A stretch of DNA of 64,000 bases from an uncultured Dorea sp. GTDB taxonomy: Bacteria > Bacillota > Clostridia > Lachnospirales > Lachnospiraceae. A program made the position numbers and the translations under genes. Of this stretch, positions 1-10,076 are shown one piece after another. The stretch is taken from positions 3,310-67,309 of the forward strand of contig CAJTVU010000008.1 of assembly GCA_910580235.1 (NCBI GenBank), read 5' to 3'. The notes under the pieces were generated by a model. The model ran no database searches. It was not told the origin of the DNA and saw only the letters and a program-made list of their open reading frames with translations. Every line of letters starts with the position of its first letter. The first letter of the stretch is position 1.

Positions 1-1658
1 TGCGGGCGGCCATAGAGATTTGTGCGGGCATAAGAAAAGAAAAGTCAGAAATTACTTCTGCGGATGTGTGGCTGGAAAAAATGGAGAGCATGGCAAAAGG
101 CGGAGACAGTTTTGCAAAGATCGTGGACGATTATAAGCAGGCAGTCGAGGAAGCGCGCTCCAGCAAATTTTCCTTCTATTTAGATCAGACAGTGAATACG
201 GCAGGAGAGCTTGAAAAGGCGATACAGCAATATGCAGAGGGGCAGCATAGGAAATTTGAAATGGTTAGAGCAGGGATGTACCCCGAATTTCTGTTGGATG
301 GGGATTTATATACGGCGGCGCGTACGATTGAAAGAGACTCGGAAACAAAAGAATTGAAGACTCAGATCGTCTGTAGCAGGAAAGGGAACGGCATAATAAA
401 AAAGGAAGGAGCCAAAAACAGAAAAAGAAAAATGCTCTTTCAGGGAATCTATTCTGTGGCGGCCAATATTTGCAGACATCGTTTTAAAAGTATCTTGAAT
501 GTAGCAATCAGTATGACGACCGTAATCGTGCTAATCTTTTATCTGGGGAGCCTGGCAAGCGCCAGACAGCAGTTTGCACAGCTTCCCGAGGCGCTCCCCG
601 TAAGGGCGGTCATTATGAACGCGACAGGGGAGCTGAACAGCAGCCTGTTGATCCGTCAGCAAGTCCTAGATTTTGTCTATGGTTCTCCCTATATATGGAA
701 AGTGCAGGAGACGGCGGAGCTGGTGGGGCATATACAGACAGGGGAGAACATGCCGGAAGGAGATCCGTACCCTGATGAATTTCAGATCTTAGGCATTAAT
801 TGCCCGGAAGTCGTCTATGATCGTGCTCAGAAGGAGATTGACTGGTCGGAGGGCTGGACTTGGGATCGGTTTTTAAATGAGAAGAAAGCCTGTATCGTGG
901 GGAAGACGTTCCTTGAAGAGAACAATGTAGAAATTGGAGACAGCATTTCGTTCTCGCTTGAGCATTATCAATTTGAGGATTTGGGGAACAGACTGAAAAG
1001 GGCGGCGCTTAAGCCGGAAGAATTAGAGGTCGTAGGGACTGTAGACGACAGTGAGGCGGTCTTGCCGGCGGTCATAGTCCCTGTAAATGCTGTGAAGCAG
1101 ATTTACAAAGAGAACGATAAAGCTTATTTTGCATCTTCTCTTTCCTTTACGGTGAAAGAGCCGATGAAGCTAAACGAGCTAAAGCAAGAGCTAAGAGAGG
1201 TCGGTTTAAGCTCTGTTGTCCCAGAGCTGACCGTCAGCAATGCAGGATCTGCCCTCAGGATGGAGGACGACGTATTCATCCAGGCGGCGGTAGAATTGGA
1301 AAAAAATATATTGCTTTTAGGCACGTTCTTTCCATTTATACTTCTCATTGTACTTCTGGCGGGGTATCTTGTGCCGCATCTTCTGCTTCAGAGCAGAAGG
1401 AGCGAATATGCGATCATGCGGGCGCTTGGGATGAGCAGAAAGCATTGTACGATCCTCCTGTTTGCAGAGCATATTTTTCTGGCGATGACGGGCGGAGGGA
1501 TCGGAGCGATCATGGGAGCTGTGTGCAGTACAGTGGATGTAACGACAACGGCGGCCGTGTGGCTCTTATATCTTTGCTGTCATATGCTGGGGGCGGCTGT
1601 CGCTATGTGGATGTTCGGGAAAATGAGTGTTACGGCTGTGCTATCACACCGGGATTGA
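1..1658 (+). CDS. FtsX-like ABC transporter permease, 5' end probably outside window
   Basis: The frame of ORF 66..1658 stays open back to base 3. A C-terminal multi-TM FtsX-type block is present (LLLGTFFPFILLIVLLAGYLV, RALGMSRKH). It is followed by an ABC ATPase and a second FtsX permease. Confidence 0.7.
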   Translation, partial: RAAIEICAGIRKEKSEITSADVWLEKMESMAKGGDSFAKIVDDYKQAVEEARSSKFSFYLDQTVNTAGELEKAIQQYAEGQHRKFEMVRAGMYPEFLLDGDLYTAARTIERDSETKELKTQIVCSRKGNGIIKKEGAKNRKRKMLFQGIYSVAANICRHRFKSILNVAISMTTVIVLIFYLGSLASARQQFAQLPEALPVRAVIMNATGELNSSLLIRQQVLDFVYGSPYIWKVQETAELVGHIQTGENMPEGDPYPDEFQILGINCPEVVYDRAQKEIDWSEGWTWDRFLNEKKACIVGKTFLEENNVEIGDSISFSLEHYQFEDLGNRLKRAALKPEELEVVGTVDDSEAVLPAVIVPVNAVKQIYKENDKAYFASSLSFTVKEPMKLNELKQELREVGLSSVVPELTVSNAGSALRMEDDVFIQAAVELEKNILLLGTFFPFILLIVLLAGYLVPHLLLQSRRSEYAIMRALGMSRKHCTILLFAEHIFLAMTGGGIGAIMGAVCSTVDVTTTAAVWLLYLCCHMLGAAVAMWMFGKMSVTAVLSHRD

Positions 1659-1663
1659 GAGGG

Positions 1664-2350
1664 ATGTGCATGAGAAGAATCGAAGTAAAAGAGGTAAGCT
1701 ATTCATATCAGAATAAATACCAGAAAATTGAGGCAGTGAAAAAAGTAAGCTGCGCTTTTGAGACTCAGAAGATGTATGCTGTCACAGGAGAATCCGGGAG
1801 CGGGAAATCTACGTTCCTTTCCCTTCTTGCGGGCCTGGACTGCCCGGAAACAGGCGCTGTCCTGATAGACGGAAAGGATCTGTCCAGGATGGACAGAGAC
1901 ATGTACCGGAGAGAACAGGTATCCATGATATATCAGGCATTTCATTTATTCCCACTTCTGACGGCGCTTGAAAATGTGATGTACCCGCTGGAGGCGCAAG
2001 GCATGCCTCGAAAAGAAGCCAGAGAAAAGGCGGCGTCATGCCTGGGAGAAGTAGGGCTGGAGGAGAAGATCTTCAGCCAATATCCGAAGATGATGAGCGG
2101 CGGGGAGCAGCAGCGAGTGGCTATTGCCAGGGCGATGGCCGCAAAAGGGCAGATACTGCTGGCAGACGAGCCGACCGGCAATCTGGATTCGGAAAATGAA
2201 GAGCGCATTGTGGAGTTTTTAAAGAAGCTGGCTCATGAGAAAGGCTATATTGTAATTGTAGTGACCCATAATCCAGATATCGCGCAGCAGGCAGACGTGC
2301 GTATGATAATGAGGGACGGGAGAATGATATCTGTCATAGAACAGGACTGA
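1664..2350 (+). CDS. ABC transporter ATP-binding protein (MacB/LolD-like)
   Basis: Walker A GESGSGKST, signature MSGGEQQR, Walker B ILLADEPTGNLD. The track start at 1445 overlaps the upstream gene. ATG codons at 1664/1670 follow its stop at 1658. Confidence 0.9.
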   Translation: MCMRRIEVKEVSYSYQNKYQKIEAVKKVSCAFETQKMYAVTGESGSGKSTFLSLLAGLDCPETGAVLIDGKDLSRMDRDMYRREQVSMIYQAFHLFPLLTALENVMYPLEAQGMPRKEAREKAASCLGEVGLEEKIFSQYPKMMSGGEQQRVAIARAMAAKGQILLADEPTGNLDSENEERIVEFLKKLAHEKGYIVIVVTHNPDIAQQADVRMIMRDGRMISVIEQD

Positions 2351-2366
2351 AATCGAGGTGTATGGA

Positions 2367-4226
2367 ATGACGTTATATTATAGTATGAAGCAGATGTTCC
2401 GAAGTCCGCTCAAAAGCATCCTATTCTTCCTATTGGCAGGAGTCTCTGCATTTCTGCTCGCATTGGGAGGGGGCCTTTGGAAGATGAATCGGGAAATGCT
2501 GAAAGAATTTGAAAATATATTTACCACAGTCGGAACCGTGGAACAGAAGAGAGAGAAGGCAGAGACAGTCAAAAGATGGGACGCCGGAAAAGGAGAATAT
2601 GAGTATTATACCTATAAGAAGTATGGGGAATGGATTCATAATGACGTGCTGGACTTCGCAGGTGCAGGGTATATCCTGGAGGCAGAACAAAGGCCTTATT
2701 TCGGCGCGCTGACAGATGAGAAGGTCAGGGGGAAGGCAGATATGGAGCTGCTGGTCGCGGAGGTAGCGCCGCTGGAAACTGGCGTGGCAGATTCCTCGTT
2801 CCCGGTACGTGTTGAAAAAGTGCTGGCCGGGGAGATAAAGGAAGGGGATATCATCTACATCTGTGATCATTTTGGCGATGAGACAGGAAATTATGAGCCA
2901 TCCAGGTTCGAAGAAGGGAAAAGGTATGTTATGGGCCTGCACTCTATCTCTAGCGTACATGGGCCAAGAGTAGAGCACATTGCTCCTGAAGAGCACGTGC
3001 CAGAATATCAGCCCTCGAATTCCGTGGCCTCCAGACAGTACACGCTGGACGGAGAAAAGGTCTATGACGCGGTGGAGGAAGCGGAGGAATATGGGGAGTT
3101 CGATGTAGTGACGGAGGGCTTCTATGAGACAGAACGAGGGAAGCGCTGGCTGGAGGAGGCAAAATCACAGGAGTATCAGTTCCACACAGTTCCTGTGGAG
3201 CCGGTTGGAGGGACAAAGCTTCTGCTGCCTTTTTATAGGAAGGAGGCGCAGATATCGAAAGGAAGGGACATTACGGAGGAGGAATATAAGGAAGGGAGGC
3301 CGGTCTGCCTGATCCCGGAGAATCTGGCGCTGCTTTTTAGAAAGGAAGTAGGGGATTCTGTGACGCTCCCGCTCTATTACGCAGATTATCTTCCGAGGAG
3401 CTCGTATGACGGAGGCTATCAGACGTCTCTTTTAAATGCAGAGGGAAAGATCTATCCGGTGTTCCATGAGCAGGATTATGAGATCGTAGGGATCTATAAG
3501 ACGACCGCCGCTTTAGGGAACGGCGACCATGCTCTTGCGATCAACGAAGTGGTCATCCCGTGGAACGCCCTGCCGGAAAATGTGTGGAAGGATAATATTG
3601 TAGGGGCTTATCCGATGCTTGGCAGTACGACATCTTTCCAGATCCCCAATGGAGATATTGAAAGGTTTATGTCCGCATGGGAGAAAGAGGGGGTAAAGGG
3701 ACTGGAGATCAGGTTCTATGATAATGGATATACGCAGCTAAAGGCAGGGATTGAAAGCCGGAAATTAATGGCATGGATATTTTTAACCAGCGGCTGTGTA
3801 CTGACGGTAATGATCTTAATATTTTTTTCCAACCTCTTTATTACTGGGCAGCAGGAGCGCATCGCTGTAGAGCGGATCCTGGGGCGCACGAAGAGGCAGT
3901 GCGTGCTGTCCATCCTTTTCGGGCTGGTGCTGTTGGCAGCGGCAGGAGCCTTAGCGGGGAGCGCGGCCGGCTTTCTGGCAACTGATAGAGCAGTGCAGGC
4001 GACAGAGGGGACGACTGAGTTTGACAGGACATTCAGTAATACGATCATCGACCCGGGAAAGGAAGAAGAGGAGGATCTCAAGGCGGCAGGGCAGTATTCC
4101 GGCTGGGAGATGGCCTTCGTAGCCGGATGTACGGTGCTGTTGGCAGCAGCAGTGATCTCTGGAGTGTTCATGAGGCAGGTGTTAAGAAAGGAGCCATTGC
4201 AGATATTAGGAAGGCTGGAGGAATAG
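2367..4226 (+). CDS. FtsX-like ABC transporter permease with large extracytoplasmic domain
   Basis: N-terminal TM (ILFFLLAGVSAFLLALGGGLW), a long soluble domain, and a C-terminal FtsX four-TM block. ATG 2367 sits 6 nt after GAGGTG. Confidence 0.8.
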   Translation: MTLYYSMKQMFRSPLKSILFFLLAGVSAFLLALGGGLWKMNREMLKEFENIFTTVGTVEQKREKAETVKRWDAGKGEYEYYTYKKYGEWIHNDVLDFAGAGYILEAEQRPYFGALTDEKVRGKADMELLVAEVAPLETGVADSSFPVRVEKVLAGEIKEGDIIYICDHFGDETGNYEPSRFEEGKRYVMGLHSISSVHGPRVEHIAPEEHVPEYQPSNSVASRQYTLDGEKVYDAVEEAEEYGEFDVVTEGFYETERGKRWLEEAKSQEYQFHTVPVEPVGGTKLLLPFYRKEAQISKGRDITEEEYKEGRPVCLIPENLALLFRKEVGDSVTLPLYYADYLPRSSYDGGYQTSLLNAEGKIYPVFHEQDYEIVGIYKTTAALGNGDHALAINEVVIPWNALPENVWKDNIVGAYPMLGSTTSFQIPNGDIERFMSAWEKEGVKGLEIRFYDNGYTQLKAGIESRKLMAWIFLTSGCVLTVMILIFFSNLFITGQQERIAVERILGRTKRQCVLSILFGLVLLAAAGALAGSAAGFLATDRAVQATEGTTEFDRTFSNTIIDPGKEEEEDLKAAGQYSGWEMAFVAGCTVLLAAAVISGVFMRQVLRKEPLQILGRLEE

Positions 4227-4253
4227 CCTGTTTGTAAGAATAGATTGAAAGGG

Positions 4254-4286
4254 AGCCGTAAGCAATGATGCTTACGGCTTTTTTTG
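4254..4286 (+). terminator. Intrinsic terminator after the exporter operon
   Basis: Hairpin AGCCGTAAGCA..TGCTTACGGCT followed by TTTTTTTG. Confidence 0.8.
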
Positions 4287-4338
4287 TTGCTTTCAACCAA
4301 TAAATGGGTGTAAAGTACGACATTTTTATACATTTTTC

Positions 4339-4367
4339 TTGACAGGCTATAATTTTGTGATTATAAT
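4339..4367 (+). promoter_or_regulatory. Sigma-A type promoter of the catabolic/ABC operon
   Basis: TTGACA, 17 nt, TATAAT (consensus hexamers) about 75 nt upstream of the 4443 start. Confidence 0.65.
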
Positions 4368-4382
4368 AATATTAGAATTCAG

Positions 4383-4394
4383 AGTGTATACACT
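4383..4394. promoter_or_regulatory. Perfect 12-bp palindrome AGTGTATACACT, candidate operator
   Basis: It lies just downstream of the consensus promoter. It is nested inside a second inverted repeat, AATTCAGA..TCTGAATT. The GT..AC core is typical of GntR-family operators. Confidence 0.4.
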
Positions 4395-4442
4395 AAGAAT
4401 ACTAAAAATATTCTGAATTGAAACAGACAGGGGGCATTTATT

Positions 4443-5222
4443 TTGGGAAAGAAAAAAGTGGCTGTCATCACAGGAGCTACAAGAGGAATAGGGAATGCCA
4501 TCGCGAATAAAATGGCGGACGAAGGGTTTGCTATTGTGGCCTGCGGAACAATGTCTCCAGAACGTGCTGACGAGCATCTGAAGGAGGTAAAGGCGAAGAC
4601 GGAATTTCTGTATGTGAGGGCTGATATGTCCAGGCAGGAGGACAGAGAGAAGCTCATATCCGCTGCAGTAGAACATTTTGGAAGGATCGACGCCCTGATT
4701 AACAACGCCGGGGTAGGCTCTGCAAAGCAGGAGAATATTCTTGATGTCTCCGAGGAGAGCCTTGACAGAGTGATGGACATTAACCTGAAAGGCTATCTCT
4801 TTACGGCCCAGCTGGCGGCAAAACAGATGATCAAGCAGGTGCAGGAAGATCCGCAAGGGGAGCGCCCAGTCATCGTCAATATGTCATCCATATCGTCATA
4901 CACGCTTTCTCTTATGCGGGGCGAGTACTGCATGTCCAAAGCGGCCATAACTATGCTGACCAAGCTTCTGGCATTTGCGTTGGCGGACTATGAGATTAAC
5001 GTATACGAAGTCCGGCCGGGAAATATCTTAAGCGATATGACGATGCCGGTAAAAGAGAAATTTGACAGATACATCGCTGAGGGGCTCCATCCGCTTCGCC
5101 GTTGGGGAACGGGCGAGGATGTGGCGAAGGCGGTCGCAGCCATCTGCCTTGGGTATCTGCCTTATACGACCGGATCGGCCATTGACGTTGACGGCGGGTT
5201 CCACATGAAGTGGATTGATTAA
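4443..5222 (+). CDS. SDR family oxidoreductase
   Basis: TGATRGIG cofactor motif, NNAG, and a YxxxK-type catalytic region (YCMSK). TTG start. Confidence 0.85.
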   Translation: MGKKKVAVITGATRGIGNAIANKMADEGFAIVACGTMSPERADEHLKEVKAKTEFLYVRADMSRQEDREKLISAAVEHFGRIDALINNAGVGSAKQENILDVSEESLDRVMDINLKGYLFTAQLAAKQMIKQVQEDPQGERPVIVNMSSISSYTLSLMRGEYCMSKAAITMLTKLLAFALADYEINVYEVRPGNILSDMTMPVKEKFDRYIAEGLHPLRRWGTGEDVAKAVAAICLGYLPYTTGSAIDVDGGFHMKWID

Positions 5223-5286
5223 GAAGGTTTTTATATCCGAAAGGGATATTAAAAAAACAATATACAATAAAAGGAGGAAACGAACA

Positions 5287-6396
5287 ATGAAAAAGAACAG
5301 ATTGTTGGCAATGTTGCTGGCGCTTATGATGGTGGCATCGTTAATTGCCGGATGCTCTAAGGGCTCTGACAATTCCGAACCATCCGGATCATCTGAACCG
5401 GCAGAGTCCACCGAAGAGGGTGGAGACGCAGAGAAGAAAGTGGACGGAGACTTCACAGTCATCTCTTCAACAAAAGGCATGGATAATGAATATTATGCCG
5501 AATTGAACAGAGGCGGCCAGGAATTTGCGGATCAGATGGGATTTGAGTATGTAACGCTCTCTTCTGAAGACAATGAGCAGAAGCAGATCGCCGATCTGGA
5601 GACAGGCCTTGTTACGTATGATCCAGATTTTGTAATTATTATGCCGACCAGCTCCAGTGTCGTACCGGCTCTGGCAGATCTGTGCGAGAACGCGCAAGTA
5701 CCGTTTGTAACTCTTTGGGATTATCCAGAAGGATTTGACTTTACGACATATGAGTATCATCTGGCGCATATCCTGACAGACATGCGTAAAGAAGGATACA
5801 CAATGGCAAAATACTTATTTGACGCTATGGGCGGCAAGGGAAGCATCGTAGCGATCGACGGCCTCTTAGGAAGTACGACGGCAGTACAGCGTCATGAAGG
5901 GCTGGAGGATGCGCTGAAAGAGTACCCAGATATCAAGCTTCTTGAATCACAGCCAGGTGATTGGAACCGTTTTGCAGCAGCCCCTGTATTTGAAGATATG
6001 TTCATCAAGTACGGCGATGAGATCCAGGGCGTATGGTGTGGAAATGACGATATGGCGCTTGGAGTATATGAGATCCTTGACGGCGCTGGGAAGAGCGGCG
6101 GCGCAGTGAAGCTTGTCGGGCTGGACTGCTTAAGCAATGTTCTAGAGCTTATCCGCGACGGAGAATATGTTATGTCCATGTCTGGCGATGCTCCTGGAAT
6201 GCAGGCGCTGGCAATGTGCATCGGTTATGACTACGTAAAAGGCGACATTCGTCCTGAGACGGATGAAAAGAACTTTATTATGTATGAGCCTCCAATCATC
6301 ACACAGGAGAACGCCGAAGAATATCTTGAGCTGTGGTATGGCGAGTCCGCAAAAGACCGTGACTGGACAGTCGACAGTGAGCTTCTTAGCAAATAA
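5287..6396 (+). CDS. Sugar ABC transporter substrate-binding lipoprotein (type I PBP, RbsB-like)
   Basis: Lipoprotein signal MKKNRLLAMLLALMMVASLIAGCSKG, with RBS AAAGGAGGAAA upstream of ATG 5287. PBP-type sequence, followed by an ATPase and a permease. Confidence 0.85.
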   Translation: MKKNRLLAMLLALMMVASLIAGCSKGSDNSEPSGSSEPAESTEEGGDAEKKVDGDFTVISSTKGMDNEYYAELNRGGQEFADQMGFEYVTLSSEDNEQKQIADLETGLVTYDPDFVIIMPTSSSVVPALADLCENAQVPFVTLWDYPEGFDFTTYEYHLAHILTDMRKEGYTMAKYLFDAMGGKGSIVAIDGLLGSTTAVQRHEGLEDALKEYPDIKLLESQPGDWNRFAAAPVFEDMFIKYGDEIQGVWCGNDDMALGVYEILDGAGKSGGAVKLVGLDCLSNVLELIRDGEYVMSMSGDAPGMQALAMCIGYDYVKGDIRPETDEKNFIMYEPPIITQENAEEYLELWYGESAKDRDWTVDSELLSK

Positions 6397-6482
6397 ATAA
6401 GATTATCATTTAGAAGAGAGTCGCGGGGAGCTGTCAGTATATGAGCCGCCGCGGCTCTCTCATAGCAAGGGAGAGTGAAACA

Positions 6483-8009
6483 ATGCAGGAAACTGTCCAC
6501 AGACAAAGCAGTATAACAATGAGCGGCATTAAAAAGCAGTTTGCCGGCGTGCAGGCGTTAAAAGGTGTCTCTCTTGAGCTTTTCCCGGGAGAGATCCTCG
6601 CCCTGATCGGGGAGAATGGAGCCGGAAAAAGCACAATGATGCGAGTTTTAATGGGAATTGAGAAAAAGGATGCAGGCACGATCCATTTAAACGGTGAAGA
6701 GATCAACCCGTCAACGCCGATAGAAGCTGAGAAATACGGTATTGGAATGGTTTTCCAGGAGCAGGCTCTTTTCCCGAACCTAAGTGTTGCAGAGAATATC
6801 TTTCTGGGTAGAGAAGGGGAGATGATTACCGGGAATTTCCTCCATTGGAAGGAGATGTACAGGGAATCTGAGATGATACTGGAGAAAGTACACCTTGGGC
6901 ACATCAACCCAAAGACAAGGGTGGAGAAGCTGAGCTTTTCTGAGAGGCAGATGGTAGAGCTTGCCCGGGTCCTCTATCCGGCAGTATGTAATAAACGAAA
7001 AGGCATTATTATCCTCGACGAGCCTACCGCCGTGCTGTCTCCGGGCGAGGTACGGCAGCTCTTTGAGGTAGTGCGCTCCCTGAGGGAATATGCATCCTTT
7101 GTATTCATTACGCATCATTTAGACGAAGTGATCGAGTACACAGACCGGGTAGAAGTCATGAAGGACGGGAATAATGTGGGCGGCCTTATGACGAAAGACG
7201 CAACCATTGAGAAATTGCAGGAGATGATGGTAGGCCGTGAATTCTCTGAAGACTTCTATCTTTCCGAAGATCTGAGGACTCCTGAGGACACGACGGTCCT
7301 TGAGCTGGAAGGAATATGTTCCGAAGCGCTTACCGATGTATCTTTTAAGCTGAAGAAGGGAGAGATCCTGGGAGTGGCCGGCCTTATGGGGTGCGGGAAA
7401 GAAAACCTCGCAAAGGTGATCTTCGGCGACGAGGCCGCCACAAAGGGAACGATCACTGCAGGATCTAAAGTAATCCGGGGCAGCGTGCGGAAGGCAGTAG
7501 ACGCAGGGATCGGATATATGCCAAGCGACCGCCGGAGCGAGGGGATCCTGGACACTATGTCGGTGGGACAGAATATAACCGCGGCGAACCTGGATCATTT
7601 CGTAACAAATGGATTTCTGAATAGGGCGAAAGAAAAGGAATGTGTCGAAGAGTATATCGATCGGCTCAAGATTAAGACATATTCCGGGAATACCCTTATC
7701 GTTAACCTGTCAGGCGGGAATCAGCAGAAAGCGATACTGGCAAGATGGCTGTCCAGAAAACCCGACATTATTATTATGGAGCAGCCTACGAGGGGGATTG
7801 ATGTAGGCGCGAAGCAGGAAATATACAAAATCATGCGAGACTTGGCAAATGAGGGTGTTTCTATTCTTGTCATTTCTGATGAGATGCCTGAGCTGATTGG
7901 TCTGTCCAACCGTATACTTGCGATGCGTAAGGGCATGATCACGAAAGAAATTGATTGTGAGAAGGAGGATAAACCTGATGAAAAATTCATCATCCAATAT
8001 ATCACCTGA
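6483..8009 (+). CDS. Sugar ABC transporter ATP-binding protein, duplicated cassette (RbsA/MglA-like)
   Basis: Two ABC cassettes: GENGAGKST / ILDEPTA, and LSGGNQQKAILARWL / IIMEQPTRGIDV. Confidence 0.9.
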   Translation: MQETVHRQSSITMSGIKKQFAGVQALKGVSLELFPGEILALIGENGAGKSTMMRVLMGIEKKDAGTIHLNGEEINPSTPIEAEKYGIGMVFQEQALFPNLSVAENIFLGREGEMITGNFLHWKEMYRESEMILEKVHLGHINPKTRVEKLSFSERQMVELARVLYPAVCNKRKGIIILDEPTAVLSPGEVRQLFEVVRSLREYASFVFITHHLDEVIEYTDRVEVMKDGNNVGGLMTKDATIEKLQEMMVGREFSEDFYLSEDLRTPEDTTVLELEGICSEALTDVSFKLKKGEILGVAGLMGCGKENLAKVIFGDEAATKGTITAGSKVIRGSVRKAVDAGIGYMPSDRRSEGILDTMSVGQNITAANLDHFVTNGFLNRAKEKECVEEYIDRLKIKTYSGNTLIVNLSGGNQQKAILARWLSRKPDIIIMEQPTRGIDVGAKQEIYKIMRDLANEGVSILVISDEMPELIGLSNRILAMRKGMITKEIDCEKEDKPDEKFIIQYIT

Positions 8010-8979
8010 TGAAGAGCGTACAAAAAAAGCGAAAAAAGACATAGACTATTCATTATTTGTAGCTCCAGTATTACTTATCGTCTGTGTCGTATTTTTTACC
8101 ATCATTAATCCACGGTTCATTTCTCTGCCGAACCTTATGAACATCCTGCGCCAGGGCGGTCCGCTGTTCATCGTTTCTTTTGGGCTTAGCGCGGTCATAT
8201 TGACAGGAAGTATTGACATTTCTTCTGATGGAATGATGAGCCTGTGCGGGATCTGTTCTGTTATGCTGGCGAATGTCATAACGGGCGGAGGCGGATGGCT
8301 AAGCCTGCTTCTGGGCGTGGCTATAGGGCTTGTCTTCGGTTCGGTAATCGGCTATCTTGTGTCTTATGTAAGACTGCCGTCGTTCCTTGTAACATATGGG
8401 ACATCCACTATATGTCGAGGGATCGCGCTTATTATATCAGGCGGTGTTGCCCAGAATACGATGTTTGCTGCATTTAAGAAGATGGGAAATGGATCCGTAT
8501 TTGGATTTTTCCCTACTATGGCTGTATTTGCCATTGTAATCTTTATCTGTATGCACATTCTGACGAAGAAGACGAAGTATGGGCGCTCTCTCTATGCGAT
8601 TGGCGCGAATGAGCGCGTCGCCACTCTGTGTGGGCTGCCTACGAACAAATATAAGATGCTCTCCTTCATGATCGCGGGAGCATGTACAGGTCTTGCCGGA
8701 GTGCTTATGAGCGCTCGTCTCGGCGCAGGCACGCATGCACAGGGCGAGGGAATGTCTCTGGATGCGATCGCAGCGGTCGTGATGGGAGGCACTACGCTTT
8801 CCGGCGGGAGAGGAAGCGTTGCACGTTGTATTACAGGCGTGTTCGTTATCCTGATGCTGAACAACGGCCTGAACCTTATGGGCGTATCGCCGCATGTGCA
8901 GGTACTTGTGAAAGGTATCGTAGTTATTCTGGCAGTGGCGGCGTCCAAAGACTGGAAGAGCAAAGAAATTGTGAAATAA
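7978..8979 (+). CDS. Sugar ABC transporter permease (RbsC/AraH-like)
   Basis: Polytopic membrane protein directly after the ATPase. RBS GAAGGAGGA precedes ATG 7978. Confidence 0.85.
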   Translation: MKNSSSNISPDEERTKKAKKDIDYSLFVAPVLLIVCVVFFTIINPRFISLPNLMNILRQGGPLFIVSFGLSAVILTGSIDISSDGMMSLCGICSVMLANVITGGGGWLSLLLGVAIGLVFGSVIGYLVSYVRLPSFLVTYGTSTICRGIALIISGGVAQNTMFAAFKKMGNGSVFGFFPTMAVFAIVIFICMHILTKKTKYGRSLYAIGANERVATLCGLPTNKYKMLSFMIAGACTGLAGVLMSARLGAGTHAQGEGMSLDAIAAVVMGGTTLSGGRGSVARCITGVFVILMLNNGLNLMGVSPHVQVLVKGIVVILAVAASKDWKSKEIVK

Positions 8980-8994
8980 GAGGAGTTTTCGCGT

Positions 8995-10044
8995 ATGAAA
9001 GACACGATGAAAGCAGTAGTATTTAAAGAGCGGGGACAAGTCGTCTTAGAAGAGCGCCCCGTTCCGTCCATTCGGAATCCGAAAGACGCGATCGTGCGGG
9101 TGACACTTGCAGCGATCTGCTCAAGCGATATACATATTAAGCACGGTATGATAGAAAGAGCCAGGGAAGGCACGATTTTAGGACATGAGATCGTAGGAGA
9201 AGTAGTAGAGGTCGGATCAGACGTCCGCAAGATAAAAGAGGGCGACCGCGTGACTGTTAATAATGAAAGCTTCTGTGGCGAGTGCTTCTTCTGTAAGAGA
9301 GGGTATGTGAATAACTGTGAGAACGGAGGCTGGATGTTGGGCTGCGTGGAAGACGGCGGCCAGGCGGAATATGTACGAGTGGCGTATGCAGATAATTGCT
9401 GCGACGTTATCCCCGAGGGAGTCTCCTATGAGCAGGCGATGCTTGTGGGAGATGTCCTGGCAACCGGATTCTGGGCTGCAGAGATAGGAGAGATCCGGCC
9501 GGGAGATACCGCGGTCGTCATAGGCGCAGGCCCTACAGGGCTCTGTACATCTATGAGCGCAAGGCTGTATGGCCCGTCGAGATTGATCTCCATCGATATT
9601 TCCGATGAAAGGCTGGCGTTTGCCAAGGAGCATGGGCTTGCGGATATAACGATCAATGCGAAGAAGGAAGATCCATTGGAGATTGTGCGAAGCCTTACAG
9701 GTGGAAGGGGAGCAGACAGGCTGTTCGAGTGTGCAGGTGGAAGGAATACGTTTGAGATGGCGTGGCAGATTACCCGTCCAAGCGGTATCGTATGCCTTGT
9801 AGCACATTATGAGGACGATCCGCAGAAGCTTCCTCTTCGCAGGATGTATGGCAAGAACCTTACATTTAAGACAGGCGGGGTACATGCAAATGCCTGTGCA
9901 AAGACGCTGGATCTTATTAAAGAAGGCAAGCTTGATACAGCGCCGCTTATCACACATCGCTTTGCCCTTGAAGACGCGCTTGAAGGCTACAGGCTGTTCG
10001 AGAGCCAGAAGGACGGCGTTATCAAGGTAGTGCTTGAGCCATAA
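8995..10044 (+). CDS. Zinc-dependent alcohol/polyol dehydrogenase (MDR family)
   Basis: GHEIVGEV catalytic-zinc motif, structural-zinc Cys cluster CGECFFCKRGYVNNC, Rossmann GAGPTG. Confidence 0.85.
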   Translation: MKDTMKAVVFKERGQVVLEERPVPSIRNPKDAIVRVTLAAICSSDIHIKHGMIERAREGTILGHEIVGEVVEVGSDVRKIKEGDRVTVNNESFCGECFFCKRGYVNNCENGGWMLGCVEDGGQAEYVRVAYADNCCDVIPEGVSYEQAMLVGDVLATGFWAAEIGEIRPGDTAVVIGAGPTGLCTSMSARLYGPSRLISIDISDERLAFAKEHGLADITINAKKEDPLEIVRSLTGGRGADRLFECAGGRNTFEMAWQITRPSGIVCLVAHYEDDPQKLPLRRMYGKNLTFKTGGVHANACAKTLDLIKEGKLDTAPLITHRFALEDALEGYRLFESQKDGVIKVVLEP

Positions 10045-10076
10045 AAGAGTACATTGAAAATTAAAATTCAGAAAGG

